Origin: Amphiscolops sp. MND2022
Lineage: Eukaryota
Length of the DNA: 64,000 nt
Reading direction: 5' to 3'
Assembly (NCBI GenBank): GCA_964187785.1
Contig: OZ076409.1
Location: forward strand, 95,296,001-95,360,000
The position numbers and the translations under genes were made by a program. The notes beneath the pieces were generated by a model, which was not told the origin of the DNA, searched no databases, and saw nothing but the letters and a program-made list of their open reading frames with translations. Shown here in pieces: positions 10,683 through 25,136 of the stretch. Every line of letters starts with the position of its first letter. Positions within the stretch are counted from its first letter, which is position 1.

Positions 10683-13200
10683 TGTCACAACCCACCGGTG
10701 TGCTGGTTCCAATGGGCAATTCTTAAGAAAGTTAGATCTGGCAAACCCGATTTCCAGAAGATCGCGAAGTTTAGATGGTCAACAAGGACTATAAACTAAT
10801 CCACCAGCTTCGTTATGACTGAGACCATAAACCTAACCAAAAAGACTACCCGCCCTCCCACAATTTCCCAAGAAGTGGGGGAGAAGAGTGGAGCAAGTTA
10901 CCGAGACTGCAAGGCAGAAGTTTGTTTGAACAATACTGTAAACCCTTGAAAACCAAACACAAGAAACCTCAGAAAACGAAACAAATTACAAGAAGAACCC
11001 AAACATACCTGTGGTGGAAAATGCAACTTTAGTGCCAATCCTAACCTAAAAAACTCAAAGTCATATACATTTTAAAAAACTACGGAAGCAAAGTCAACAT
11101 TATATAGCTAAAGAAGTTCTAAGGAACTCAAAGACTGTGGAATTTCCGATACAGCTGTGAAGTATGGCGCGTTATTTAAAGAAACATTTTTTCTACTGGG
11201 CCATCGTATCGGCGTTTTTCAGTAGCACCGAGTTCAACCAAAACAAAACTTCTTTCAGTTCTTGAGAAAAAACAGAAATGACAAATAAAATCCGGAAGCA
11301 CTAACGTACTTCTCACCGCAAGTATTGGAAAGTGCGTCCACAAGAATCCTGAAGCGTTGAAAAACGGTTCAAATGAAAACCGGAAGTATGATAATACTCC
11401 AAAAGAAAATCGGATGCTGGCTGAATCACAATAGGACATATTCAGTGCTAGCCTGGCTAGCTTTTCAATAAAATCGAAGAGTAGTCAAAAAACGAAACAC
11501 TTCAAAAAACCTGGGAATGGAAAATTTATGACAGAAAAATTTCACAATGGAAATGACCCAAACGAAACCAAGTGAACTCAGAAGGTGACGTTTCTCGTCT
11601 GTGATTGGTACCCCTACGACAATGAATTTCTCCCTGACATGCAAGTTCTGTCGGGTTTCCCAGGGTCGAAGATTCTGCATCATAATATTAATTTACTTCA
11701 AAACTATACTGCAATACAGAATCAAAAGGAACCGAATTGATCTCACATTTTCCAAGTGCGGGACCACTGTAGAAGAGTGGAAGCACCGGGGCAGATATCT
11801 CATCTCAACTGCCTACGACGGAAAGACAGTCAGTGACAAGAGTGTAAGGTTCTCAACATTTTTCAACGTGTTTGGCGCAGCTCTGTTTTCGTTTAAAAGT
11901 GCGGCACTGTCACTACCTCACTGCTGTGCCGGTGCCATTGGGCAATTCATAAAAAAAAATAGAACTGCCAAAGCCGACTTCCAGAAGATTATGACTTTTG
12001 TATGGTCAACAACGACTATAAACGAAAGACCCAGCTTCATACTTTAGTCATATTTGTTGACCGGATTTCAAACGGAGTTCACTTTTACATTGTTATACAT
12101 CTGAAGTACTAGGAACGTAACGTTTATTCATCATTTTATACTAAAATGACCTATAATACTTGTTCACGCAATTTGTCAGAGCTAAGTTAATGCAAATATG
12201 CGGAATTGCAGACAATGAGTTTGCGGCATCATGCGGATTGACTACTGACGAGTATGCGATGTCATGCAGATTGACCACTGACGAGTATGCGGCATCATGC
12301 GGATCAAGGTCTGACGTATATACGTGAACATACGCTTATCGCATAATTGCCACTATACATCAATATGCGGTTTGATGAGGGAGGAGCATACGGCACTATG
12401 CTGTTTCAACCGCATCAGCTTTAATTTGGAGCTTTAATCTCATTTGCTGCTGAGTAACGTCTGAGATACCTTTGCGATTCATTTCATAACATTTTGTAGG
12501 GTTCTTTAGACTCAATAATTGTAAATTGAATGTCGCGTCACAAGCTCTTATGAGTTATAATTCTTCTGACAACATCCTGATGTAACTATTTATATCACTT
12601 TAGGCGACGATACCTGTAAAAAGGAGTGTCATACTTCTATTCTTCGAGACCGGCAGTGCGTTTAAAAAATCATTCATTCTAGAACTATTTCTCACCAAAT
12701 GCAGTAACTGTCTAGAGACCTTTCCACCTACTTTGTAAAACTCTCACCAACGATTTTGTTCCCCATTTCAAATTTGTTTTTACCATATAACAGCAAAAAA
12801 TCAGCTCTTTCCTTGCAACAAAGCCTTGTTTCAAGTTGAGAAAAATGGGAAATTGACAAAATAGACAAACTAGGAGGTTCGAAACACCTTCCCCGGAATG
12901 AAAAACATTTATTACGCAAATTGAGTCGCCAAAACCAGGATCAAGCAAAAACGTTTCTAAAACGTTTCTAAAATCCGAGATCGGAATCAAATGAAACTCA
13001 GAGTATCCAAGAAGAATAAGTCAATTGGAGTTCGCGCATCAAATAACGACAACTCAGATACAAAAATGAAGATTATCCTCTCAAGGCCTCTGAAATGATG
13101 GATTTGAGACATCCTGCTAAACTGTTGTACCAAACTGAGCTAAACTTGAATTTAAAAAAATTAGTTACAAATGAGGACTCAGAGGAAGAGGATTATATCA
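10683..13200 (+). mobile_element. Internally deleted LTR retrotransposon (partial 5' LTR from 10683; 3' LTR 11908-13200)
   Basis: About 130-bp direct repeats starting TGTCAC at 10683 and 11908; degenerate PPT aaaagtgcggcac before 11908; ends in CA; TSD-like TTAAG/TTAGG; about 33-bp tandem repeats at 12200-12330. Confidence 0.6.
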
Positions 13201-14159
13201 TTAGGAGTTCCCTGTAACTCAACTTTTTACATGCTGCACGGCAGCATGAACGGTAATTTTTCACAAAATCCAGAAAATTCAGTAACGTAACGGTGGTAAA
13301 TTTTGTAGAATTACACTGCAGTTTCCACCATTGCAATTAAAATCAAAAATGTTTCCCATTCCGTCATCGAAATGATCACGTTATATTCACTTTGATTCTC
13401 AACTACTCTTCTAATGTAATCACCAGTTCCCCCAAAAGGCACGGTAAAGATGAAGAAAATTTACAGTTTATTTGGTGAATAAAGTAATAGCGCCTTGAAA
13501 TATTGGTGAATTCAATTACATCTTAGGTGTTTCTAAAAGTATAACTGCTTATCAATGAAACCTAAAACTTCAAGGCTTAAAATTTCCGTCAAATTTCGAA
13601 TGCTTTTTTCAGACAGCTTGATAAAAGCCTTGTACAACAAGGAAAGATTGTTTGCATTATCGCATGAAAGTTTCCGAGTTTTTGAGAAAAGTTGTTGGAA
13701 CAACTATAAGGAACATGCAAAAATTTCAAACAATTTCAACAAGGAGAGTTGTACCTCATGGTTAGTGATTTTGAGAGACTTGCTAGCCACAGCAATTGTA
13801 AATGTCATCGAACTTTCAAGCTTCAATCAGTCAGACCACTTGCTCGCAAAGAAACAGTACCGTTTGCAAACCGTCATCAGGAACCGATGGTTTTCAGACA
13901 CATTAGGCAAACCCGCAAGTCGAAGCTTTTCCGCTTGTAGGCGTTGTCTATGCCAAAGTTCTCCACGTGACAGTGCTGGAATCCAAAGTACTAAATCTTA
14001 CCAGTTTCATTAATGATCATTTCACTGTTATGCCTGAAGTTGCATGAATTGCTACCGCAAAAATGGGTGACCGTTGGGATAATTTGTGATAAAAACAACT
14101 TGCGCAATGTAAATACGATGCTAGATGTTTTGCTGTAGAGAAACCTTAGAAGACATGAT

Positions 14160-17100
14160 TGTTATACGGTGAATTACCTGCCCGAATTTGTTCGGTTCAC
14201 AAAGTGCCAATCAAACTGAGAAAAAATTGTTGATCAACAGACTATAATCGTCCTATTTTTGTTGATACATAATTGTACACACATATGTATGCTAGATTAA
14301 TTTTGATTGGAACAATTGTTGTGTAGTTCACAAATACAGTTTGGCAAAACAGATGATTTAGCATTGCAATTTGTCTTTTTTTACCTTACCAAGTGGAAAT
14401 AGAACATGGCGAACATGGCGCAGTCAGCAATTTAATTTTTCCTAATTTTACCAAAACAAAGAAGCAATGACACAAGAAGCAACACAATTCGAAGTGCCGA
14501 ACTTTGAAGCAATATCAGGCGGAAAGAAAATCTTTACACCGAAACAATGCCTTGAGAGATTTCGGCAAAATAAAAAACCGAAAAATAAAATGGACATTGC
14601 AGGATTAATCCGGGGAGAAGAAATGACACAAAACGACTGGGCCACAAAAGAAAACCAGATACAAGACAACTTTGTATGGGTATTGGCCCAAAAGCTCTAT
14701 ACCAATTGACAAGAGCAGAATACAAGATCGAGTCGGACAAAATCGCAATCAAAGGTTTAATCCGGTTATTCAACGACTAGTTCCTACCGAAAAGAAACAT
14801 ACCACAACCGCGGAGAATTCTTCTGGACCAAACAAACCGAAGCCAAGACACCAGAGTACTTCTAGCGGAGATTGATAGAAATCGAAAACGAATGTAACTT
14901 TGAAAATATAACAGCCGAAGAACTACTCATCTAGAAGTTTATGACCACAATTACGGACAAGAAACTCCGAGACAAATTAACGATAGAAAAGAAGCCCGAA
15001 ATAAAGAAAACGATAGAAATGGTTAAACAGAATACATACGAAAACAAATGACCAGTCACAATGCCGGAAGCATTAATACCGAACCGAGAAAACGAAATTA
15101 AAGAAGACCCAATGCAAAAAATGGACAAATTCAACTCACGACCGAGAAAGAATTTCAAAATCAACAGACCTTGTAGATTCTGTAACGGACCAAACTGGAG
15201 CCCAACCCACGAATGCCCAGCACTCAATCAGACATGCAATAATTGCGGGAAGGAGAGTCACTTCGCACAGACATGCTGACAAAGAGAAAACTATAAAAAC
15301 AAACACGGAACTTAACCGAGATTGAAAATCCAATTGGCGAGGAAAGTGACGAATCAGACTCGAGTATATATAGAATTGGAAGAGTACACGGAATGATCGA
15401 CAAAAACAAATACTTAACGACAACTGTGAAAATTAAAGGAACGGAGAAAGAACATAAAACAGATACCGGATCTCCAATATCAATAATGCCGGCGGATCAC
15501 AAAATAATGAAAGAAACCGAGATCCGAAACGTGAAACACCAATACCAAGATGTAAACAAGAATGAAGTAAAAGTCCGAGGGAAAATACCGGTAGACATTG
15601 AGAATGAGAACAACAAACAAAAGGTGCAATTACTAATTACGGAACGAAATGACATAACACCATTACTCGGCATGGACTGGCTAAAGAAATTCCGATTTAA
15701 CAATTGGAACCATCCGATTGGACGAGAATAGCAAATCGGAAAGGAGAAGAATAAAAGAGAAATTCCCGGGCCTATTCCGAAACAATACGATCGTAAAAGA
15801 CGCAGAAATAAACATACAACTGAAACCGGGACAATAGCCGGTAAAACAAAAAGCAAGACCGATCTCTCTCCACTTACAAGAAGCAGTCGGAAAAGAAATT
15901 GAAAAATTAATGAAATCCGGATATTTGGAGAAAGTGAAACATGTGGATGAAGATTGCTTTGTATCACCGGTAGTAATAACGGTTAAAAGCGATAATTCGG
16001 TAGAAAGGTTTAGACTCACGAAACTTGAGAGACAGCTGTATCAAAGTCCGACGACACATGCCGAATATGGAAGCACTGCTGAACCAAATCTGGGTAGAGA
16101 TAAGAAAAGACCGAACAAAAGAACTAAGCATATCCAAAATAGATCTCGACTATGCTTACGGTCAAATGATGTTATCAGAAGAAACAAGTAGAAAATGCGT
16201 CTTCGCAAATACCGGAGGAATCTTCAGCGGTTATTACCGATTCAGAAAGGGATTTTACGGTTTAGCTGAAGTACCCACAATCTTCCAGGAGAAAATCGGC
16301 CGAACACTGGAATTTTGCACACCGGCATGGTTAGTTGATCTAATAGTGGTAACTCGAGACAGAAAAGATCACGAAAAGAAATTAATCGACGTATTGAGAA
16401 ATTTGGAAATCGCCGGATACAGAGCAAGTAAAAGAAAGTCCGAAATCTTCCGAAACAAAACGAAATGGCTCGGACACGAGATAGACAAAGACGGAATAAA
16501 ACAGAACAAAGAAAATGTCAAAACCATATTGGAGTTGAAACACCCGAACAATCCGAATCAATTAAAATTCTTTCTCGAGTCAATACATTCTTTGACAAAA
16601 TTTTTACCGAGGCTGTTAGAAAGGACCGACAAGTTACGAAAAATACAGAATGGAAATGGGGAACGGAACAGCTAAATGACTTTGAAACAATAGAGATATG
16701 TTAACCAAAGAACCGGCCCTAGCACAGTACGGAAAAGATAAAGATAACATTGTAACAACCGATGCAAGCAAACCGGTCTCGAAACAACATTATGGCAAAA
16801 ACAAGCTGACGGATAATTAAAACCGATAGCATTTGGTAGTAGATTTCTTACCAACATTGAAAAAAACTACACCATCGGAGAGTTGGAATTAATTGCAGTC
16901 GTATGAGGATTAGAAAAGATCCATTTCTATCTCTACGGAAAAAAGTGTTTTACAACAGCTGATCAAACTAAACAGATGTAACAAGCAATATAGCGCTACT
17001 CACTGAATGGTTAGATCGGTTAGCGCACTTTGACAATTCAAAACAGCATATAGCCGGAAGCAAATGGAAATTCACTGATTACCTCAGCCAAAATCCAGTA

Positions 17101-19959
17101 AAGGGCGCCACAAATGAAAACATATGTGATGAACAATTTGTGATGAATATTCTCACCGAACAAGTCAAATCGAATTTGAATTACGGAAGAATATTCACAA
17201 ATCAATCACAACAAACACCGAACAACAAAATTACGCGTGAGCGCAAATCGAACAACCAATCAGAAAATGAATGAATTTTCGAGAAGAAACGACACGTGAA
17301 TAAACGAACAAGCGGAAACCAGTCCAAACAAAATCGCGATAACGTTCAAACGTCAAGCAAGATTACCATTACGTAATTGTCAAAAGTTACCATTATCGAC
17401 ACCCGAAGAAATGGACAGAGAATACTTCTAATGGGGGCCACAACAGAAAAAAAGGGGATTATCCGAAGACGAGAGAAAAGCAACAAAAAGATTAGCGGAG
17501 ATAAAGATTGGAAATAGTTAGACCAGGATTGATGAGAAGACGCTATGATCAAAATGCAAAAGGACAATTTGGGTCCTATCACTGCCAAACAAAAGCAGCA
17601 GAGAAGAGACAGCCGAAATCGACAGAGTGCTCATACAACGCGCAAACAGAGTGAGGGAGGCTCTCAACCAATTCAAGAAGTAGAAAACGAGACAAACCAA
17701 ATCGAGATGGAAGAACAACTCACGAAGACCGAATAAAAGATTCGGAGAGTGAAGGAGAAATCAAATTAACCGCTGAGATTAATCACCAATCGTTGACTTG
17801 AAGAATTATAACACGGAGGGAAAAGGAGCGGTTTATGTACAAACTAGTCAAACAATCGGAGCAGTCACCAAAAAAAAATAGCCGAAGAAACTAATAAAAG
17901 AGCGGAAATGGATTTCGTTTTGGATCTAAAAATTTAATTGCCAAATCAGCAACTAAACCGAGACAAACTGGCAATAAATAGAGAAGATCGCAGTTGAAAA
18001 CATCTCATCAAAATAGGGAAAGGACAAACTTTCCTAGATGACAAAATAATCGTACCAACCGTACTCCGGAAGAAATTACTGGATACACTACCTTTTGGAC
18101 ATGCGGTGACTACTAAAATGACAGCCGAAGCAAAAATTTTCTGGTGGTCGAGTATCAACAAAGATAACCAAGATAAAGTAAAAAACTGCATGGCCTGCCT
18201 GTCATCTGGTAAGACTTTAAATATCAGATACCGAAAAATAAAAGCGGAAAATTAAAAACAATAACCGGGTCAAGGACTTGAATTTACCGGAAAGCTACGC
18301 AACAAAAACTTAAACTGGAAAACCAATTACTAATAGCGGTATATAGATTCAGTAAATGACCGACCGTAAAAATATGCAAAATTTCCGAAGCAAAAGTAAT
18401 CATTTTCCTAACACACAATTTATACGGATTACCGGAGAAAATTAAATCGGACAAAGGCGGAGCATTCATCTCCGAAGATTACATTGAATTTTGCAAGTCG
18501 AAAAACATTGAAATAGAATACTGGACACCGAGAATACAAACCGGTACGGGAGCAGTATAGCGTGCAATACAAACAATAAAGAACCTAATATTGGTCTATT
18601 TAGAAGATAATTTATGCCATTATTTCTTTTCTGACATTTCTTTTTCTCCGGTCTTTGTCAGGCAGAGCCTGACCGAATGCGTTAATAGAGCGTTAAAAGT
18701 AATGCCATTTACAATACATACCGGACTGAAACTAACATCATTTGAATTACAAAATGGCAGGAAGCCGCGAACCGAATTAACCAATCTGGTTAAAGACGGT
18801 AAATCATTCCTCTCTGATTGGACCGAAGTATCTGTTTCAACTTAGAAAAAAAACCAAAGATCTCAACCTACGTATCGAAAAACAAAGATGTATCAAACTA
18901 TCTGGTTATGGCAAAAGCTAAAACCGAAGAGAAAGCGGTGGACAAACGAAAAAAAATGGTTAGTGAATACGCCTTTAAATTTGTAGAAAAAACTGCAATA
19001 AAAAGTGGTTTGAAGGGAAGTTTCAGAAGAAACTGCAAACCGCGGTAAGCGGAACTGAACACACTGTAACCACCGAGAGTGGAAAAAAACCAACCGAAAA
19101 AATATTTCGGGACCATTTGTATTTCAGACCGAAATGAAGAAAAAACGGGCTACGCAAATGGGAGACAAAATCACGCCAAAAATCGACACTGTCTCCGAGG
19201 CGTCGACGGAAAACACATTCAGTGGAACGAAATACTTCGAGACATACTGAATGGAAAATTGAATATAATCCAGAGCCGAAAGAGAAAATCTGAATCGGAA
19301 TCAGAAAGTGAAGAAATCGACAAAGAACGTGACTTCAAAATGGAAAATCCGGACACATTCTAAAGAAACTGGTATAAGCCAATCAGCACAAACCCTGATG
19401 ATGAACTGAAACTACATACTGACGTTTAGATGCCTAGCGGTGAGAAAGAAAATAAATTAGAAACCAAAAATTTAGCTGTTAGAAGATCCGATCTAAAATG
19501 TATGCAACCGAATAGATACGAGGAAGTGCATACAATATACAAAAAAACTTTTGGGTGTGACAAATGAAAATATATGCTCGGTTTCATTACCTAACCGAAA
19601 TAGTTCAACATTAGAACTGCCGAAGCCTGCTGACTTTGTAAGAGATGAGCCCGATGCCCGGAACATCCAAAATGTGTAGGAGAAGCCCAGAAGGGGGGAA
19701 TGTTATACGGTGAAATACCGTGCACGAATTTATTCGGTTCACAAAGTGCCAATCAAACTGAGAAACTAATGTTGATCATTAAACTATAATCGTTCCTATT
19801 TTTGGTGCCACAATTTTGTTTACACATATGTATGCTAGATTAATTTTGATTGGAACCATTGTTGTATAATTTGCTATAAAATACAGTTTGGCAAAGGAGA
19901 TACTTTCGTATTGCATTACAATTCGTCTTGTCTTTACCTAACCAAGTGGAAATAGAACA
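14160..19959 (+). mobile_element. Full-length degenerate Ty3/gypsy LTR retrotransposon
   Basis: LTRs 14160-14406 and 19701-19959 (TGTTATACGG...AATAGAACA); PBS-like TGGCG...TGGCGCAGTC; PPT AGAAGGGGGGAA; TSD-like ATGAT/ATGAA; domain order Gag-PR-RT-RH-IN. Confidence 0.95.
14467..19360 (+). pseudogene. Disrupted gag-pol of the gypsy element
   Basis: Two Zn knuckles (CRFC...HEC, CNNCGKESHFAQTC); protease DTGSPISI; RT KIDLDYAYGQ and FYGLAEVPTIFQ; RNase H DASK; integrase SDKGGAF; many stops and frameshifts. Confidence 0.92.
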
Positions 19960-20000
19960 ATGAATTTGTTATACGATGCGTACAACTAATCATACCTTAG

Positions 20001-20465
20001 TTTTTTAGTCGGCGCCTTTCCCCTTGAGGAAAAAAGCCCGACTATTACAGTGGGTAGTTTTTTTTCTTTTTCAGCTGACAATCTCACTCTGAATGGTCCA
20101 CTTTTTTTACAATCTTTTGTTCTTTTTTTCAACTGATTTTCTGAGAAGCAGGAGATCGTGGGTTCGATTCTCGCACTAAACCACAAATTTTTATGCTTCC
20201 AAAAGTAGAGGCGAGACCAAAGCGTCCCCCCCCCTTTGGGTTTTTTTCGACACTATGCGACTTTTTTTCGAAAATTATCGAAGTCTATCAAAGGGTACCC
20301 CGTTGCATTTTTTGACGTTTTCGGTTTCTAAAAACGTTTAATGAGCCTAAATGGCCTCTTTTTAAAGGCCACAATTTTTTGGCATTGTGCGACTTTTAAC
20401 AAAATGTTCCTTGAATATTTTTGAGCCTTAGATATGGCGCCGACTTGGGCCGATCCCGGCTTGTT
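20001..20465 (+). mobile_element. HINE-like family A
   Basis: TTTTTTAGTCGGCGC...GCCCGACT...GCGCCGACTTGGGCCGATCCCGGCTTGTT. Confidence 0.8.
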
Positions 20466-21606
20466 TGTTATTATGAATTAAATTACTCCATTTTTGTAGA
20501 ATTATCTTTAAAAATATTTGAAAGGCTGTATAAAACACTAGAAAGTTTCTTTTCATTCATTTTTGTTGATTTTTTTGTTGGCACTGTCTTGCGAAATCAC
20601 GGAACTATTTGTAAGAACTTTGGTAAACTTCTAAACAAGGTTCGGGAGATTATGGAAGAGTCTGGGTTTACATTCGATGAGTTGTCCCTATGCTTTTGAG
20701 ATTTTGTATTGCTTTTGAAAAAATTGTCATCAAAAATTCAAAAACTGGTTATTATCCGGCTGCCGTTAGCTAAGGTTTTTGAGATTCTTCATCTTTATGG
20801 AATAAATGTTGAAACTTTAAAACCATAGCATTCAATTTATGTTTCGATAGTATTTGACTTCCCATCACATCTTCGGGTATCGCAGATCAAACCTTTTTCT
20901 TTGAACTTCGCTGTCTCAAAAGTAATTTCAAGCACATCATTTCCGTTTGGTACTCACCGCCAAAGATCCAATTGAATCGAAAACTCAGCGATTCAAGTCA
21001 AAAGTAAAAGAGGTGTCTCACTTCAAAATGGGGATGGACCCAGAACTTGATTACGATTTGAAGTGGGTGGATTGTAGATTCTAGTCTTCAAATAGAAAGA
21101 AGTCGTCTTCATTTTCCAACATAAGATTTAGTTTATTTGTACACTGCCATCTTCCATGATAAAGTTTATCATAAAATTATGAGAATCACTTTTCGCCTTT
21201 TTTCTGCTACCGCCCCCACAAAAATATTAGAATAGGTTTTTGTTTCAACAAAACATTTTCCACAGATTTGACTGTAATTATGTTCGAATTAACTGCTTCT
21301 TTGTGACTCAAAACAGGAAGCGATTGATTTCTTTATCAAGGAATTTCTTTATCTGAGTGACTTCATTGGCAAAAATAGTGTGAACAAAGTTTATATCTCA
21401 CTTCCAAACTGGCACTCTGGAAATACATTTTAAATTGAACGCTTCTGGTTTGTATTCAAGTCTTTTGGGTAAAAGATTTTCACTATTTTTCCAAAAAAAT
21501 CTGTGGTGTTGGGGGAGGAATCAGTGGTGTAGGGTGTGACAGAAAAGAGCCAATGTTTCTTCTACCCACTTACTTACAATCATTTACTTCCACCCTTTTT
21601 TCCCAG

Positions 21607-21865
21607 GGCCACCAAAAACTCGTCTCTATACAACACTTCGTACACCTCGTTTGAGATCTACCTGGGCAAATACGTGACGTACCTGCCTCTGAACACCAAA
21701 GACGTGAAGGACAGACAGCTGATTGTCTCCCTCTTTTTCTCCCTCCCACAAAGTGTCTCCTCGACGTGGGTGGAGCCAATCATAGGGGTGGTGTCTATGG
21801 ACGAATATGAGGAGACAGCGGTCACTGCTCTGGTGGTAGCTGAAATTGTGGAGGAGACTGAGGAG
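21607..21865 (+). CDS. Exon 6
   Basis: long pyrimidine tract plus cccag; ATKNSSLYNTSYTSFEIYLGKYVTYLPLNTKDVKDRQLIVSLFF...VEETEE; weak donor gtcatt chosen because the next exon needs phase 0. Confidence 0.75.
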
Positions 21866-22270
21866 GTCATTTCGTCATACGGAAACTTGGTTGGTAGGTT
21901 TATGGGGAACCCAGCGGTCGAGGGTTCGAGTCCCTGCTTCAGCCAGAAACGTTTTGAATATCTGAATTCATTTGGTCAGATAAAATTAATGGTATAAACT
22001 AAAAAGGATTATAACAACATTGTATTTATTCATTTGTGGACACATCTGACCGGGACGCAGAAAGGAGCTTTACAGCTCTAGAGTATACGCCCCAAAACTA
22101 AACAAAAACAAACTTTAGCCGAAAATGAGGTTAAAAGTTGTTTCACTGTCAAGGATGTACAGTTCTTTGAAATTCATTATGAATTTTTCAACATTATTTT
22201 GTCCATGTTTTTTTCAAGTTTGGGCATAAGATCGTTTTTCATTTGAAAAAGGAGGAAAATTCCAAGCGAA

Positions 22271-22671
22271 AACAAGCCGGCAACGGCCCAAGTCGGCGCC
22301 ACGCTCAAGGCAAAAAAGGGCAAGATAATTTCCTAATTTGAAACATCCAGGAAATCGAAGAAACACCGAAAAAGTCCCATAGTACCGAAAACCAGACCTC
22401 AAAGCTATTCAACACGCCAATTATGTGGAAAGTTGAAAGAAATTGTTTTTAAAAAAATCTCATAGTGCTGAAAAAAGTGGAAAGAGGGACCCTTATGCTT
22501 TGTAAATGTTTCGTATTTTATGTTAGAGGCTTTGCATTCGTTCAAAATCAAGTACTAAGTACTTATGGTAAAATTGCACCGTTCACAAAAGTGGATCATT
22601 CAGAGCGAAACTGACAGAAAAATTTAGTCACTGTAATAGTCGGGCACTTATCAAAAAGCGCCGACTAAAAA
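22271..22671 (-). mobile_element. HINE-like family A
   Basis: AACAAGCCGGCAACGGCCCAAGTCGGCGC...GCGCCGACTAAAAA. Confidence 0.8.
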
Positions 22672-23778
22672 CATACCATTCACAGATGTTTTCCCGGTTA
22701 ATACGAGGCTCATTTTTGAGAGCACATTGGCGAATCATGCACACGTGGCATTTCCATACACGTACATGCCGTCAATGAATCAATTAGTGAGACACAAATC
22801 ACGTGATTTTGATCCAAGAGGCTCCGGGTTCAAGCCCCACCGTGGGCCAATTTTTTTCCAGTAAAAGTTGAAAAATTCTTTTGGTTCAAGTCAGAAAAGT
22901 ATTTCATAGTTTAGCGGGGAATTATCTGGCTTTGATTTTGAGTTACCGGAAAAATAGAAAGTAAAATACCGAAACACTTTTTTTATCGACACTGAATCAT
23001 CCACAAAAACTGACAATTAATTTTCGAAATGTGGTTTTTTCACGCAAACTACTGAATAAAAAATTCCAGGTGTTTTCTTTTTCTGTAGGCAGATTCCTGT
23101 CACTGAAAAAGCTTTGTGTTGTCGCGAAACTTGAAAATGCTTGGAATAAAAACTGGATCGAAAAAACTCAATTTGTATGCACAGCTGAGGCATTCGGCAT
23201 ATACTTCAAAAATAATATCAGAAAATCGAAGGTTCTTATTGATTTTCGAACTTGCTCAGATAAAAAAGTGTTGATTTAAAAAATTCACTCACTTTGATTT
23301 AGAAAACAATTCTTCCACACGCTAGGTTCCATAAGCTTGAAACATGCAAGATGGGACGGTTCAAATCGTAGAATATTCAAAGCGTCGAAAGCAGTTTACA
23401 CGCAGTAAATACTGCGCGTCATAGTCACGTGACCAAACTTTCATTCAATGAACCAATCAAATTCAGTAAAATGAATACAGCACAAGCGACAAACTAATTA
23501 CGATAACGTAGGTCAGGTATGTCCACATACTCCTAGTGCCCTAAATGCAGGAGCGAAGCGAAGCAGAGCGACGTGCCATATGGCCATGCCTCAATGTTGC
23601 TACTTGGCGAAGGGAGCGAAGCGACCGAGCCATAAAACAAATATGCTAACCTCTTCAAATTATAACCTGAAAATAATCGCTGGTATGGAATTCTTTCGAC
23701 GCTTTGAATAGCTTTGATTTTTTCGACGGTGTGAATATTCTACGATTTGAATAGTCACCATGCAAGATCTACATACAA

Positions 23779-23830
23779 ATGCATGCATGCATGCATGCAT
23801 GCAAGCATATATGTATGCATGAAAGCATGT
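23779..23830. repeat. (GCAT)n microsatellite
   Basis: atgcatgcatgcatgcatgcatgca. Confidence 0.85.
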
Positions 23831-25136
23831 ATGACACAAACGGACATGGTTGATGAAACAGTCAAACGTTTTCAAACTACCAAATCTATGCTTTTGAATT
23901 TCATAAAAGAATATGCATATATACTGAATTGATAAAAATCTGGACTAAGAATTAATCTGGTTAACAAGGATCTGAATCCATTTGTACAGAGTAGGTATTT
24001 AAATTCGCATAATGGCCCAAGTGAACTGATTACGTTTGTGCATGTTCAGACCTGAAAAAGAACAAAATTTCAAATACGCTCAGATTGTCATTGAAAAATT
24101 GAACAGAAAAATCTGATGGCTCAAAAAATATTTAAAGAGGCACCCTTTCTTCTCAAAAAAGTTATCTAAACCGAAAATATCATAAAAACTAAAAAAAAAG
24201 ATGAAATTAAATTTTTCCAAAAAAATCGCACAGTTTTAAACAAACTCAAAAGGGGACTTTTTGGTGTCATGCAGTTTTGTAGCTCAAGTACAAAATATAA
24301 AATATTGTAAAGGGTATTTTTGGGCGCCTTTGAATACTCTTTAGTTTTTACGCTGAAAGTAGGATTTTGTAAAATTATTTGAGTCACTTCGATCGGATTG
24401 AAAAAATGACGAAAAAGAACTATAATAGTTTCGGTCTTTGTTTCATCTTTTTTAGCTCCAACAAACAAACGATGGAGTTCCGTCAAAATACAGAATTGAC
24501 ATTTGGGCACTGCTGGCACCATCTAAAACTTCTGTTTCTCTAAAGATAACGTGGAGCTTTTTTTAGAGAATATTCACATTTATTTTGACGACGACGTGCG
24601 TTTTGATTCTTTGAACTTGAGATTTACGACCAAAAAGTTTCCCATTTGTTGAAAAAAGTTCTTGATCGAGAAGATCAAAGAACAAAGATGGCTTCTGAAT
24701 TTCCAGATGACCGGTTTTGGCAATATGTGACCGCTTGAAAGCTTGAGAGTAAAGACCTTGCGTCCAGCCTATAGACGGCTAGTACCAAAAATGTCTCACA
24801 AAGTTTCGGAACGTTCACTTGCAACTTTTCATGAAGTATCTTCAAAACATAGATCTATTAAATTTTTTTGCATGAATTACAAAAAAAATCACAAATTGGC
24901 AAACTTATATTAGGATCATCTACGATTTTTGTAGGTTCAATCGCATACAACATCATCTTAATTTCTTTCAATTTTGATACAGAAAACGATCAATGTTATT
25001 CTATTTGATCTTTTAATGATGCTCAGAATAACCCCGTTACAACACGTTCTGAAGTAAAATGAGCTGTAAGAATTTTTTATATTGTATAACAACCTAGTTG
25101 AACCGACCGGAAAAATTTAAAAGCAGCTAATACACG

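Noticed and set aside
12198..12330. CRISPR-like repeat array
   Set aside because: Degenerate tandem units without unique spacers, inside an LTR in eukaryotic DNA, with no cas genes.
13555..14013. 152-aa ORF upstream of the gypsy 5' LTR
   Set aside because: No motif or coding bias; lies outside the LTR-bounded element.
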